A stretch of 64,000 nt of DNA. It comes from Auanema rhodensis (taxonomy: Eukaryota; Animalia; Nematoda). Below are positions 40,901 to 55,100 of the stretch, in pieces; within the stretch, counting starts at the first letter, position 1; every line of letters starts with the position of its first letter. Under the pieces are notes generated by a model. That model did not search any database. It was given only the letters and a program-made list of their open reading frames with translations, and was not told the DNA's origin. The stretch spans positions 21,514,001 through 21,578,000 of the forward strand of contig OZ059894.1 in the NCBI GenBank assembly GCA_964057225.1, written 5' to 3'. The translations under genes and the position numbers were made by a program.

Positions 40901-43900
40901 GTATAGTGCATTCGATGCGGATTTTTAAGCTGCGTCGATCTGTGTTATCAGATTTGCGCTAGCTTAAAAACGCACCGAGATATCAACTGATATAAGTTCA
41001 CACTTATATCCTCGATTTTCACCCTGAAGAATTAATTTTTTCGTTGAATAACATTGTCCATCGTCTTTGCCTTGAAAAAAGGAATCTAAAAACATCTACT
41101 TTTTGCTAAATTATTTTGAAATTTTTCGAAAAAATTTTTGTCAAAATGTTTTTGGAAGCAATGTTGAGTGTACATGGAAACTCAACATACACTAATGCAT
41201 CATTTTTCAAACGATCATAACTAATTTTGTATTAAGCGTTTCTCAATGTAGTATAGTGCATTCGATGCGGATTTTTAAGCTGCGTCGATCTGTGTTATCA
41301 GATTTGCGCTAGCTTAAAAATGCACCGAGATATCAACTGATATAAGTTCACACTTATATCCTCGATTTTCACCCTGAAGAATTAATTTTTTCGTTGAATA
41401 ACATTGTCCATCGTCTTTGCCTTGAAAAAAGGAATCTAAAAACATCTACTTTTTGCTAAATTATTTTGAAATTTCTCGAAAAAATTTTTGTCAAAATGTT
41501 TTTGGAAGCAATGTTGAGTGTACATGGAAACTCAACATACACTAATGCATCATTTTTCAAACGATCATAACTAATTTTTGTCTTAAGCGTTTTTCAATGT
41601 AGTATAGTGCATTCGATGCGAATTTTTAAGCTGCGTCGTTCTGTGTTATCAGATTTGCGCTAGCTTAAAAATGCACCGAGATATCAACTGATATAAGTTC
41701 ACACTTATATCCTCGATTTTCACCCTGAAGAATTAATTTTTTCGTTGAATAACATTGTCCATCGTCTTTGCCTTGAAAAAAGGAATCTAAAAACATCTAC
41801 TTTTTGCTAAATTATTTTGAAATTTCTCGAAAAAATTTTTGTCAAAATGTTTTTGGAAGCAATGTTGAGTGTACATGGAAACTCAACATACACTAATGCA
41901 TCATTTTTCAAACGATCATAACTAATTTTTGTATTGAGCGTTTCTCAATGTAGTATAGTGCATTCGATGCGGATTTTTAAGCTGCGTCGATCTGTGTTAT
42001 CAGATTTGCGCTAGCTTAAAAATGCACCGAGATATCAACTGATATAAGTTCACACTTATATCCTCGATTTTCACCCTGAAGAATTAATTTTTTCGTTGAA
42101 TAACATTGTCCATCGTCTTTGCCTTGAAAAAAGGAATCTAAAAACATCTACTTTTTGCTAAATTATTTCGAAATTCCTCGAAAAAATTTTTGTCAAAATG
42201 TTTTTGGAAGCAATGTTGAGTGTACATGGAAACTCAACATACACTAATGCATCATTTTTCAAACGATCATAACTAATTTTGTATTAAGCGTTTCTCAATG
42301 TAGTATAGTGCATTCGATGCGGATTTTTAAGCTGCGTCGATCTGTGTTATCAGATTTGCGCTAGCTTAAAAATGCACCGAGATATCAACTGATATAAGTT
42401 CACACTTATATCCTCGATTTTCACCCTGAAGAATTAATTTTTTCGTTGAATAACATTGTCCATCGTCTTTGCCTTGAAAAAAGGAATCTAAAAACATCTA
42501 CTTTTTGCTAAATTATTTTGAAATTTTTCGAAAAAATTTTTGTCAAAATGTTTTTGGAAGCAATGTTGAGTGTACATGGAAACTCAACATACACTAATGC
42601 ATCATTTTTCAAACGATCATAACTAATTTTTGTATTAAGCGTTTTTCAATGTAGTATAGTGCATTCGATGCGAATTTTTAAGCTGCGTCGTTCTGTGTTA
42701 TCAGATTTGCGCTAGCTTAAAAATGCACCGAGATATCAACTGATATAAGTTCACACTTATATCCTCGATTTTCACCCTGAAGAATTAATTTTTTCGTTGA
42801 ATAACATTGTCCATCGTCTTTGCCTTGAAAAAAGGAATCTAAAAACATCTACTTTTTGCTAAATTATTTTGAAATTTCTCGAAAAAATTTTTGTCAAAAT
42901 GTTTTTGGAAGCAATGTTGAGTGTACATGGAAACTCAACATACACTAATGCATCATTTTTCAAACGATCATAACTAATTTTTGTATTGAGCGTTTCTCAA
43001 TGTAGTAAAGTGCATTCGATGCGGATTTTTAAGCTGCGTCGTTCTGTGTTATCAGATTTGCGCTAGCTTAAAAATGCACCGAGATATCAACTGATATAAG
43101 TTCACACTTATATCCTCGATTTTCACCCTGAAGAATTAATTTTTTCGTTGAATAACATTGTCCATCGTCTTTGCCTTGAAAAAAGGAATCTAAAAACATC
43201 TACTTTTTGCTAAATTATTTTGAAATTTCTCGAAAAAATTTTTGTCAAAATGTTTTTGGAAGCAATGTTGAGTGTACATGGAAACTCAACATACACTAAT
43301 GCATCATTTTTCAAACGATCATAACTAATTTTTGTATTGAGCGTTTCTCAATGTAGTATAGTGCATTCGATGCGGATTTTTAAGCTGCGTCGATCTGTGT
43401 TATCAGATTTGCGCTAGCTTAAAAATGCACCGAGATATCAACTGATATAAGTTCACACTTATATCCTCGATTTTCACCCTGAAGAATTAATTTTTTCGTT
43501 GAATAACATTGTCCATCGTCTTTGCCTTGAAAAAAGGAATCTAAAAACATCTACTTTTTGCTAAATTATTTTGAAATTTTTCGAAAAAATTTTTGTCAAA
43601 ATGTTTTTGGAAGCAATGTTGAGTGTACATGGAAACTCAACATACACTAATGCATCATTTTTCAAACGATCATAACTAATTTTTGTATTAAGCGTTTTTC
43701 AATGTAGTATAGTGCATTCGATGCGAATTTTTAAGCTGCGTCGTTCTGTGTTATCAGATTTGCGCTAGCTTAAAAATGCACCGAGATATCAACTGATATA
43801 AGTTCACACTTATATCCTCGATTTTCACCCTGAAGAATTAATTTTTTCGTTGAATAACATTGTCCATCGTCTTTGCCTTGAAAAAAGGAATCTAAAAACA

Positions 43901-45399
43901 TCTACTTTTTGCTAAATTATTTTGAAATTTCTCGAAAAAATTTTTGTCAAAATGTTTTTGGAAGCAATGTTGAGTGTACATGGAAACTCAACATACACTA
44001 ATGCATCATTTTTCAAACGATCATAACTAATTTTGTATTGAGCGTTTCTCAATGTAGTATAGTGCATTCGATGCGGATTTTTAAGCTGCGTCGATCTGTG
44101 TTATCAGATTTGCGCTAGCTTAAAAATGCACCGAGATATCAACTGATATAAGTTCACACTTATATCCTCGATTTTCACCCTGAAGAATTAATTTTTTCGT
44201 TGAATAACATTGTCCATCGTCTTTGCCTTGAAAAAAGGAATCTAAAAACATCTACTTTTTGCTAAATTATTTCGAAATTCCTCGAAAAAATTTTTGTCAA
44301 AATGTTTTTGGAAGCAATGTTGAGTGTACATGGAAACTCAACATACACTAATGCATCATTTTTCAAACGATCATAACTAATTTTTGTATTAAGCGTTTTT
44401 CAATGTAGTATAGTGCATTCGATGCGAATTTTTAAGCTGCGTCGATCTGTGTTATCAGATTTGCGCTAGCTTAAAAATGCACCGAGATATCAACTGATAT
44501 AAGTTCACACTTATATCCTCGATTTTCACCCTGAAGAATTAATTTTTTCGTTGAATAACATTGTCCATCGTCTTTGCCTTGAAAAAAGGAATCTAAAAAC
44601 ATCTACTTTTTGCTAAATTATTTTGAAATTTTTCGAAAAAATTTTTGTCAAAATGTTTTTGGAAGCAATGTTGAGTGTACATGGAAACTCAACATACACT
44701 AATGCATCATTTTTCAAACGATCATAACTAATTTTTGTATTAAGCGTTTTTCAATGTAGTATAGTGCATTCGATGCGAATTTTTAAGCTGCGTCGTTCTG
44801 TGTTATCAGATTTGCGCTAGCTTAAAAATGCACCGAGATATCAACTGATATAAGTTCACACTTATATCCTCGATTTTCACCCTGAAGAATTAATTTTTTC
44901 GTTGAATAACATTGTCCATCGTCTTTGCCTTGAAAAAAGGAATCTAAAAACATCTACTTTTTGCTAAATTATTTTGAAATTTCTCGAAAAAATTTTTGTC
45001 AAAATGTTTTTGGAAGCAATGTTGAGTGTACATGGAAACTCAACATACACTAATGCATCATTTTTCAAACGATCATAACTAATTTTTGTATTAAGCGTTT
45101 TTCAATGTAGTATAGTGCATTCGATGCGAATTTTTAAGCTGCGTCGTTCTGTGTTATCAGATTTGCGCTAGCTTAAAAATGCACCGAGATATCAACTGAT
45201 ATAAGTTCACACTTATATCCTCGATTTTCACCCTGAAGAATTAATTTTTTCGTTGAATAACATTGTCCATCGTCTTTGCCTTGAAAAAAGGAATCTAAAA
45301 ACATCTACTTTTTGCTAAATTATTTTGAAATTTCTCGAAAAAATTTTTGTCAAAATGTTTTTGGAAGCAATGTTGAGTGTACATGGAAACTCAACATAC

Positions 45400-48300
45400 A
45401 CTAATGCATCATTTTTCAAACGATCATAACTAATTTTTGTATTGAGCGTTTCTCAATGTAGTATAGTGCATTCGATGCGGATTTTTAAGCTGCGTCGATC
45501 TGTGTTATCAGATTTGCGCTAGCTTAAAAATGCACCGAGATATCAACTGATATAAGTTCACACTTATATCCTCGATTTTCACCCTGAAGAATTAATTTTT
45601 TCGTTGAATAACGATGTCCATCGTCTTTGCCTTGAAAAAAGGAATCTAAAAACATCTACTTTTTGCTAAATTATTTCGAAATTCCTCGAAAAAATTTTTG
45701 TCAAAATGTTTTTGGAAGCAATGTTGAGTGTACATGGAAACTCAACATACACTAATGCATCATTTTTCAAACGATCATAACTAATTTTGTATTAAGCGTT
45801 TCTCAATGTAGTATAGTGCATTCGATGCGGATTTCTAAGCTGCGTCGATCTGTGTTATCAGATTTGCGCTAGCTTAAAAATGCACCGAGATATCAACTGA
45901 TATAAGTTCACACTTATATCCTCGATTTTCACCCTGAAGAATTAATTTTTTCGTTGAATAACATTGTCCATCGTCTTTGCCTTGAAAAAAGGAATCTAAA
46001 AACATCTACTTTTTGCTAAATTATTTTGAAATTTCTCGAAAAAATTTTTGTCAAAATGTTTTTGGAAGCAATGTTGAGTGTACATGGAAACTCAACATAC
46101 ACTAATGCATCATTTTTCAAACGATCATAACTAATTTTTGTATTAAGCGTTTCTCAATGTAGTATAGTGCATTCGATGCGGATTTTTAAGCTGCGTTGTT
46201 CTGTGTTATCAGATTTGCGCTAGCTTAAAAATGCACCGAGATATCAACTGATATAAGTTCACACTTATATCCTCGATTTTCACCCTGAAGAATTAATTTT
46301 TTCGTTGAATAACATTGTCCATCGTCTTTGCCTTGAAAAAAGGAATCTAAAAACATCTACTTTTTGCTAAATTATTTTGAAATTTTTCGAAAAAATTTTT
46401 GTCAAAATGTTTTTGGAAGCAATGTTGAGTGTACATGGAAACTCAACATACACTAATGCATCATTTTTCAAACGATCATAACTAATTTTTGTATTAAGCG
46501 TTTCTCAATGTAGTATAGTGCATTCGATGCGGATTTTTAAGCTGCGTCGATCTGTGTTATCAGATTTGCGCTAGCTTAAAAATGCACCGAGATATCAACT
46601 GATATAAGTTCACACTTATATCCTCGATTTTCACCCTGAAGAATTAATTTTTTCGTTGAATAACATTGTCTATCGTCTTTGCCTTGAAAAAAGGAATCTA
46701 AAAACATCTACTTTTTGCTAAATTATTTTGAAATTTCTCGAAAAAATTTTTGTCAAAATGTTTTTGGAAGCAATGTTGAGTGTACATGGAAACTCAACAT
46801 ACACTAATGCATCATTTTTCAAACGATCATAACTAATTTTTGTATTAAGCGTTTTTCAATGTAGTATAGTGCATTCGATGCGAATTTTTAAGCTGCGTCG
46901 TTCTGTGTTATCAGATTTGCGCTAGCTTAAAAATGCACCGAGATATCAACTGATATAAGTTCACACTTATATCCTCGATTTTCACCCTGAAGAATTAATT
47001 TTTTCGTTGAATAACATTGTCCATCGTCTTTGCCTTAAAAAAAGGAATCTAAAAACATCTACTTTTTGCTAAATTATTTTGAAATTTTTCGAAAAAATTT
47101 TTGTCAAAATGTTTTTGGAAGCAATGTTGAGTTTACATGGAAACTCAACATACACTAATGCATCATTTTTCAAACGATCATAACTAATTTTTGTATTAAG
47201 CGTTTCTCAATGTAGTATAGTGCATTCGATGCGGATTTTTAAGCTGCGTCGATCTGTGTTATCAGATTTGCGCTAGCTTAAAAATGCACCGAGATATCAA
47301 CTGATATAAGTTCACACTTATATCCTCGATTTTCACCCTGAAGAATTAATTTTTTCGTTGAATAACATTGTCTATCGTCTTTGCCTTGAAAAAAGGAATC
47401 TAAAAACATCTACTTTTTGCTAAATTATTTTGAAATTTCTCGAAAAAATTTTTGTCAAAATGTTTTTGGAAGCAATGTTGAGTGTACATGGAAACTCAAC
47501 ATACACTAATGCATCATTTTTCAAACGATCATAACTAATTTTTGTATTAAGCGTTTTTCAATGTAGTATAGTGCATTCGATGCGAATTTTTAAGCTGCGT
47601 CGTTCTGTGTTATCAGATTTGCGCTAGCTTAAAAATGCACCGAGATATCAACTGATATAAGTTCACACTTATATCCTCGATTTTCACCCTGAAGAATTAA
47701 TTTTTTCGTCGAATAACAATGTCCATCGTCTTTGCCTTGAAAAAAGGAATCTAAAAACATCTACTTTTTGCTAAATTATTTTGAAATTTCTCGAAAAAAT
47801 TTTTGTCAAAATGTTTTTGGAAGCAATGTTGAGTGTACATGGAAACTCAACATACACTAATGCATCATTTTTCAAACGATCATAACTAATTTTTGTATTG
47901 AGCGTTTCTCAATGTAGTAAAGTGCATTCGATGCGGATTTTTAAGCTGCGTCGATCTGTGTTATCAGATTTGCGCTAGCTTAAAAATGCACCGAGATATC
48001 AACTGATATAAGTTCACACTTATATCCTCGATTTTCACCCTGAAGAATTAATTTTTTCGTTGAATGACATTGTCCATCGTCTTTGCCTTGAAAAAAGGAA
48101 TCTAAAAACATCTACTTTTTGCTAAATTATTTTGAAATTTTTCGAAAAAATTTTTGTCAAAATGTTTTTGGAAGCAATGTTGAGTGTACATGGAAACTCA
48201 ACATACACTAATGCATCATTTTTCAAACGATCATAACTAATTTTTGTATTAAGCGTTTTTAAATGTAGTATAGTGCATTCGATGCGAATTTTTAAGCTGC

Positions 48301-51300
48301 GTCGTTCTGTGTTATCAGATTTGCGCTAGCTTAAAAATGCACCGAGATATCAACTGATATAAGTTCACACTTATATCCTCGATTTTCACCCTGAAGAATT
48401 AATTTTTTCGTTGAATAACATTGTCCATCGTCTTTGCCTTGAAAAAAGGAATCTAAAAACATCTACTTTTTGCTAAATTATTTTGAAATTTCTCGAAAAA
48501 ATTTTTGTCAAAATGTTTTTGGAAGCAATGTTGAGTGTACATGGAAACTCAACATACACTAATGCATCATTTTTCAAACGATCATAACTAATTTTTGTAT
48601 TGAGCGTTTCTCAATGTAGTATAGTGCATTCGATGCGGATTTTTAAGCTGCGTCGATCTGTGTTATCAGATTTGCGCTAGCTTAAAAATGCACCGAGATA
48701 TCAACTGATATAAGTTCACACTTATATCCTCGATTTTCACCCTGAAGAATTAATTTTTTCGTTGAATAACATTGTCCATCGTCTTTGCCTTGAAAAAAGG
48801 AATCTTAAAACATCTACTTTTTGCTAAATTATTTCGAAATTCCTCGAAAAAATTTTTGTCAATATGTTTTTGGAAGCAATGTTGAGTGTACATGGAAACT
48901 CAACATACACTAATGCATCATTTTTCAAACGATCATAACTAATTTTGTATTAAGCGTTTCTCAATGTAGTATAGTGCATTCGATGCGGATTTTTAAGCTG
49001 CGTCGATCTGTGTTATCAGATTTGCGCTAGCTTAAAAATGCACCGAGATATCAACTGATATAAGTTCACACTTATATCCTCGATTTTCACCCTGAAGAAT
49101 TAATTTTTTCGTTGAATAACATTGTCCATCGTCTTTGCCTTGAAAAAAGGAATCTAAAAACATCTACTTTTTGCTAAATTATTTTGAAATTTCTCGAAAA
49201 AATTTTTGTCAAAATGTTTTTGGAAGCAATGTTGAGTGTACATGGAAACTCAACATACACTAATGCATCATTTTTCAAACGATCATAACTAATTTTTGTA
49301 TTAAGCGTTTCTCAATGTAGTATAGTGCATTCGATGCGGATTTTTAAGCTGCGTTGTTCTGTGTTATCAGATTTGCGCTAGCTTAAAAATGCACCGAGAT
49401 ATCAACTGATATAAGTTCACACTTATATCCTCGATTTTCACCCTGAAGAATTAATTTTTTCGTTGAATTACATTGTCCATCGTCTTTGCCTTGAAAAAAG
49501 GAATCTAAAAACATCTACTTTTTGCTAAATTATTTTGAAATTTTTCGAAAAAATTTTTGTCAAAATGTTTTTGGAAGCAATGTTGAGTGTACATGGAAAC
49601 TCAACATACACTAATGCATCATTTTTCAAACGATCATAACTAATTTTTGTATTAAGCGTTTCTCAATGTAGTATAGTGCATTCGATGCGGATTTTTAAGC
49701 TGCGTCGATCTGTGTTATCAGATTTGCGCTAGCTTAAAAATGCACCGAGATATCAACTGATATAAGTTCACACTTATATCCTCGATTTTCACCCTGAAGA
49801 ATTAATTTTTTCGTTGAATAACATTGTCCATCGTCTTTGCCTTGAAAAAAGGAATCTAAAAACATCTACTTTTTGCTAAATTATTTTGAAATTTCTCGAA
49901 AAAATTTTTGTCAAAATGTTTTTGGAAGCAATGTTGAGTGTACATGGAAACTCAACATACACTAATGCATCATTTTTCAAACGATCATAACTAATTTTTG
50001 TATTAAGCGTTTCTCAATGTAGTATAGTGCATTCGATGCGGATTTTTAAGCTGCGTTGTTCTGTGTTATCAGATTTGCGCTAGCTTAAAAATGCACCGAG
50101 ATATCAACTGATATAAGTTCACACTTATATCCTCGATTTTCACCCTGAAGAATTAATTTTTTCGTTGAATAACATTGTCCATCGTCTTTGCCTTGAAAAA
50201 AGGAATCTAAAAACATCTACTTTTTGCTAAATTATTTTGAAATTTTTCGAAAAAATTTTTGTCAAAATGTTTTTGGAAGCAATGTTGAGTGTACATGGAA
50301 ACTCAACATACACTAATGCATCATTTTTCAAACGATCATAACTAATTTTTGTATTAAGCGTTTCTCAATGTAGTATAGTGCATTCGATGCGGATTTTTAA
50401 GCTGCGTCGATCTGTGTTATCAGATTTGCGCTAGCTTAAAAATGCACCGAGATATCAACTGATATAAGTTCACACTTATATCCTCGATTTTCACCCTGAA
50501 GAATTAATTTTTTCGTTGAATAACATTGTCTATCGTCTTTGCCTTGAAAAAAGGAATCTAAAAACATCTACTTTTTGCTAAATTATTTTGAAATTTCTCG
50601 AAAAAATTTTTGTCAAAATGTTTTTGGAAGCAATGTTGAGTGTACATGGAAACTCAACATACACTAATGCATCATTTTTCAAACGATCATAACTAATTTT
50701 TGTATTAAGCGTTTTTCAATGTAGTATAGTGCATTCGATGCGAATTTTTAAGCTGCGTCGTTCTGTGTTATCAGATTTGCGCTAGCTTAAAAATGCACCG
50801 AGATATCAACTGATATAAGTTCACACTTATATCCTCGATTTTCACCCTGAAGAATTAATTTTTTCGTCGAATAACAATGTCCATCGTCTTTGCCTTGAAA
50901 AAAGGAATCTAAAAACATCTACTTTTTGCTAAATTATTTTGAAATTTCTCGAAAAAATTTTTGTCAAAATGTTTTTGGAAGCAATGTTGAGTGTACATGG
51001 AAACTCAACATACACTAATGCATCATTTTTCAAACGATCATAACTAATTTTTGTATTGAGCGTTTCTCAATGTAGTAAAGTGCATTCGATGCGGATTTTT
51101 AAGCTGCGTCGATCTGTGTTATCAGATTTGCGCTAGCTTAAAAATGCACCGAGATATCAACTGATATAAGTTCACACTTATATCCTCGATTTTCACCCTG
51201 AAGAATTAATTTTTTCGTTGAATGACATTGTCCATCGTCTTTGCCTTGAAAAAAGGAATCTAAAAACATCTACTTTTTGCTAAATTATTTTGAAATTTTT

Positions 51301-51650
51301 CGAAAAAATTTTTGTCAAAATGTTTTTGGAAGCAATGTTGAGTGTACATGGAAACTCAACATACACTAATGCATCATTTTTCAAACGATCATAACTAATT
51401 TTTGTATTAAGCGTTTTTCAATGTAGTATAGTGCATTCGATGCGAATTTTTAAGCTGCGTCGTTCTGTGTTATCAGATTTGCGCTAGCTTAAAAATGCAC
51501 CGAGATATCAACTGATATAAGTTCACACTTATATCCTCGATTTTCACCCTGAAGAATTAATTTTTTCGTTGAATAACATTGTCCATCGTCTTTGCCTTGA
51601 AAAAAGGAATCTAAAAACATCTACTTTTTGCTAAATTATTTTGAAATTTT
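45400..51650 (-). repeat. Imperfect duplication of a 9-monomer block (3158 bp); ends approximate
   Basis: Variant pairs at 45684/48842, 46197/49355, 47373/50531, 47710/50868, 47920/51078 and 48066/51224 are all spaced 3158 = 9x351-1. Some central monomers differ between the two copies. Confidence 0.8.
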
Positions 51651-52199
51651 TCGAAAAAATTTTTGTCAAAATGTTTTTGGAAGCAATGTTGAGTGTACAT
51701 GGAAACTCAACATACACTAATGCATCATTTTTCAAACGATCATAACTAATTTTTGTATTGAGTGTTTCTCAATGTAGTAAAGTGCATTCGATGCGGATTT
51801 TTAAGCTGCGTCGTTCTGTGTTATCAGATTTGCGCTAGCTTAAAAATGCACCGAGATATCAACTGATATAAGTTCACACTTATATCCTCGATTTTCACCC
51901 TGAAGAATTAATTTTTTCGTTGAATAACATTGTCCATCGTCTTTGCCTTGAAAAAAGGAATCTAAAAACATCTACTTTTTGCTAAATTATTTTGAAATTT
52001 CTCGAAAAAATTTTTGTCAAAATGTTTTTGGAAGCAATGTTGAGTGTACATGGAAACTCAACATACACTAATGCATCATTTTTCAAACGATCATAACTAA
52101 TTTTTGTATTGAGCGTTTCTCAATGTAGTATAGTGCATTCGATGCGGATTTTTAAGCTGCGTCGATCTGTGTTATCAGATTTGCGCTAGCTTAAAAATG

Positions 52200-55100
52200 C
52201 ACCGAGATATCAACTGATATAAGTTTACACTTATATCCTCGATTTTCACCCTGAAGAATTAATTTTTTCGTTGAATAACATTGTCCATCGTCTTTGCCTT
52301 GAAAAAAGAAATCTAAAAACATCTACTTTTTGCTAAATTATTTTGAAATTTTTCGAAAAAATTTTTGTCAAAATGTTTTTGGAAGCAATGTTGAGTGTAC
52401 ATGGAAACTCAACATACACTAATGCATCATTTTTCAAACGATCATAACTAATTTGTGTATTAAGCGTTTCTCAATGTAGTATAGTGCATTCGATGCGGAT
52501 TTTTAAGCTGCGTCGATCTGTGTTATCAGATTTGCGCTAGCTTAAAAATGCACCGAGATATCAACTGATATAAGTTCACACTTATATCCTCGATTTTCAC
52601 CCTGAAGAATTAATTTTTTCGTTGAATAACATTGTCCATCGTCTTTGCCTTAAAAAAAGGAATCTAAAAACATCTACTTTTTGCTAAATTATTTTGAAAT
52701 TTTTCGAAAAAATTTTTGTCAAAATGTTTTTGGAAGCAATGTTGAGTGTACATGGAAACTCAACATACACTAATGCATCATTTTTCAAACGATCATAACT
52801 AATTTTTGTATCAAACGTTTCTCAATGTAGTATAGTGCATTCGATGCGGATTTTTAAGCTGCGTCGATCTGTGTTATCAGATTTGCGCTAGCTTAAAAAT
52901 GCACCGAGATATCAACTGATATAAGTTCACACTTATATCCTCGATTTTCACCCTGAAGAATTAATTTTTTCGTTGAATAACATTGTCCATCGTCTTTGCC
53001 TTGGAAAAAGGAATCTAAAAACATCTACTTTTTGCTGAATTATTCTGAAATTTTTCGAAAAAATTTTTGTCAAAATGTTTTTGGAAGCAATGTTGAGTGT
53101 ACATGGAAACTCAACATACACTAATGCATCATTTTTCAAACGATCATAACTAATTTTTGTATTAAGCGTTTCTCAATGTAGTATAGTGCATTCGATGCGG
53201 ATTTTTAAGCTGCGTCGATCTGTGTTATCAGATTTGCGCTAGCTTAAAAATGCACCGAGATATCAACTGATATAAGTTTACACTTATATCCTCGATTTTC
53301 ACCCTGAAGAATTAATTTTTTCGTTGAATAACATTGTCCATCGTCTTTGCCTTGAAAAAGGAAATCTAAAAACATCTACTTTTTGCTAAATTATTTTGAA
53401 ATTTTTCGAAAAAATTTTTGTCAAAATGTTTTTGGAAGCAATGTTGAGTGTACATGGAAACTCAACATACACTAATGCATCATTTTTCAAACGATCATAA
53501 CTAATTTTTGTATCAAACGTTTCTCAATGTAGTATAGTGCATTCGATGCGGATTTTTAAGCTGCGTCGATCTGTGTTATCAGATTTGCGCTAGCTTAAAA
53601 ATGCACCGAGATATCAACTGATATAAGTTCACACTTATATCCTCGATTTTCACCCTGAAGAATTAATTTTTTCGTTGAATAACATTGTCCATCGTCTTTG
53701 CCTTGGAAAAAGGAATCTAAAAACATCTACTTTTTGCTGAATTATTCTGAAATTTTTCGAAAAAATTTTTGTCAAAATGTTTTTGGAAGCAATGTTGAGT
53801 GTACATGGAAACTCAACATACACTAATGCATCATTTTTCAAACGATCATAACTAATTTTTGTATCAAACGTTTCTCAATGTAGTATAGTGCATTCGATGC
53901 GGATTTTTAAGCTGCGTCGATCTGTGTTATCAGATTTGCGCTAGCTTAAAAATGCACCGAGATATCAACTGATATAAGTTCACACTTATATCCTCGATTT
54001 TCACCCTGAAGAATTAATTTTTTCGTTGAATAACATTGTCCATCGTCTTTGCCTTGGAAAAAGGAATCTAAAAACATCTACTTTTTGCTGAATTATTCTG
54101 AAATTTTTCGAAAAAATTTTTGTCAAAATGTTTTTGGAAGCAATGTTGAGTGTACATGGAAACTCAACATACACTAATGCATCATTTTTCAAACGATCAT
54201 AACTAATTTTTGTATTAAGCGTTTCTCAATGTAGTATAGTGCATTCGATGCGGATTTTTAAGCTGCGTCGATCTGTGTTATCAGATTTGCGCTAGCTTAA
54301 AAATGCACCGAGATATCAACTGATATAAGTTTACACTTATATCCTCGATTTTCACCCTGAAGAATTAATTTTTTCGTTGAATAACATTGTCCATCGTCTT
54401 TGCCTTGAAAAAAGAAATCTAAAAACATCTACTTTTTGCTAAATTATTTTGAAATTTTTCGAAAAAATTTTTGTCAAAATGTTTTTGGAAGCAATGTTGA
54501 GTGTACATGGAAACTCAACATACACTAATGCATCATTTTTCAAACGATCATAACTAATTTTTGTATCAAACGTTTCTCAATGTAGTATAGTGCATTCGAT
54601 GCGGATTTTTAAGCTGCGTCGATCTGTGTTATCAGATTTGCGCTAGCTTAAAAATGCACCGAGATATCAACTGATATAAGTTCACACTTATATCCTCGAT
54701 TTTCACCCTGAAGAATTAATTTTTTCGTTGAATAACATTGTCCATCGTCTTTGCCTTGGAAAAAGGAATCTAAAAACATCTACTTTTTGCTGAATTATTC
54801 TGAAATTTTTCGAAAAAATTTTTGTCAAAATGTTTTTGGAAGCAATGTTGAGTGTACATGGAAACTCAACATACACTAATGCATCATTTTTCAAACGATC
54901 ATAACTAATTTTTGTATTAAGCGTTTCTCAATGTAGTATAGTGCATACGATGCGGATTTTTAAGCTGCGTCGATCTGTGTTATCAGATTTGCGCTAGCTT
55001 AAAAATGCACCGAGATATCAACTGATATAAGTTTACACTTATATCCTCGATTTTCACCCTGAAGAATTAATTTTTTCGTTGAATAACATTGTCCATCGTC

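Noticed and set aside
23150-48950. Single-base deletion in the A5 run (monomer 336-340) on both arms as proof of inter-arm exchange
   Set aside because: Homopolymer slippage or sequencing error can recur independently, so it is uninformative on its own.
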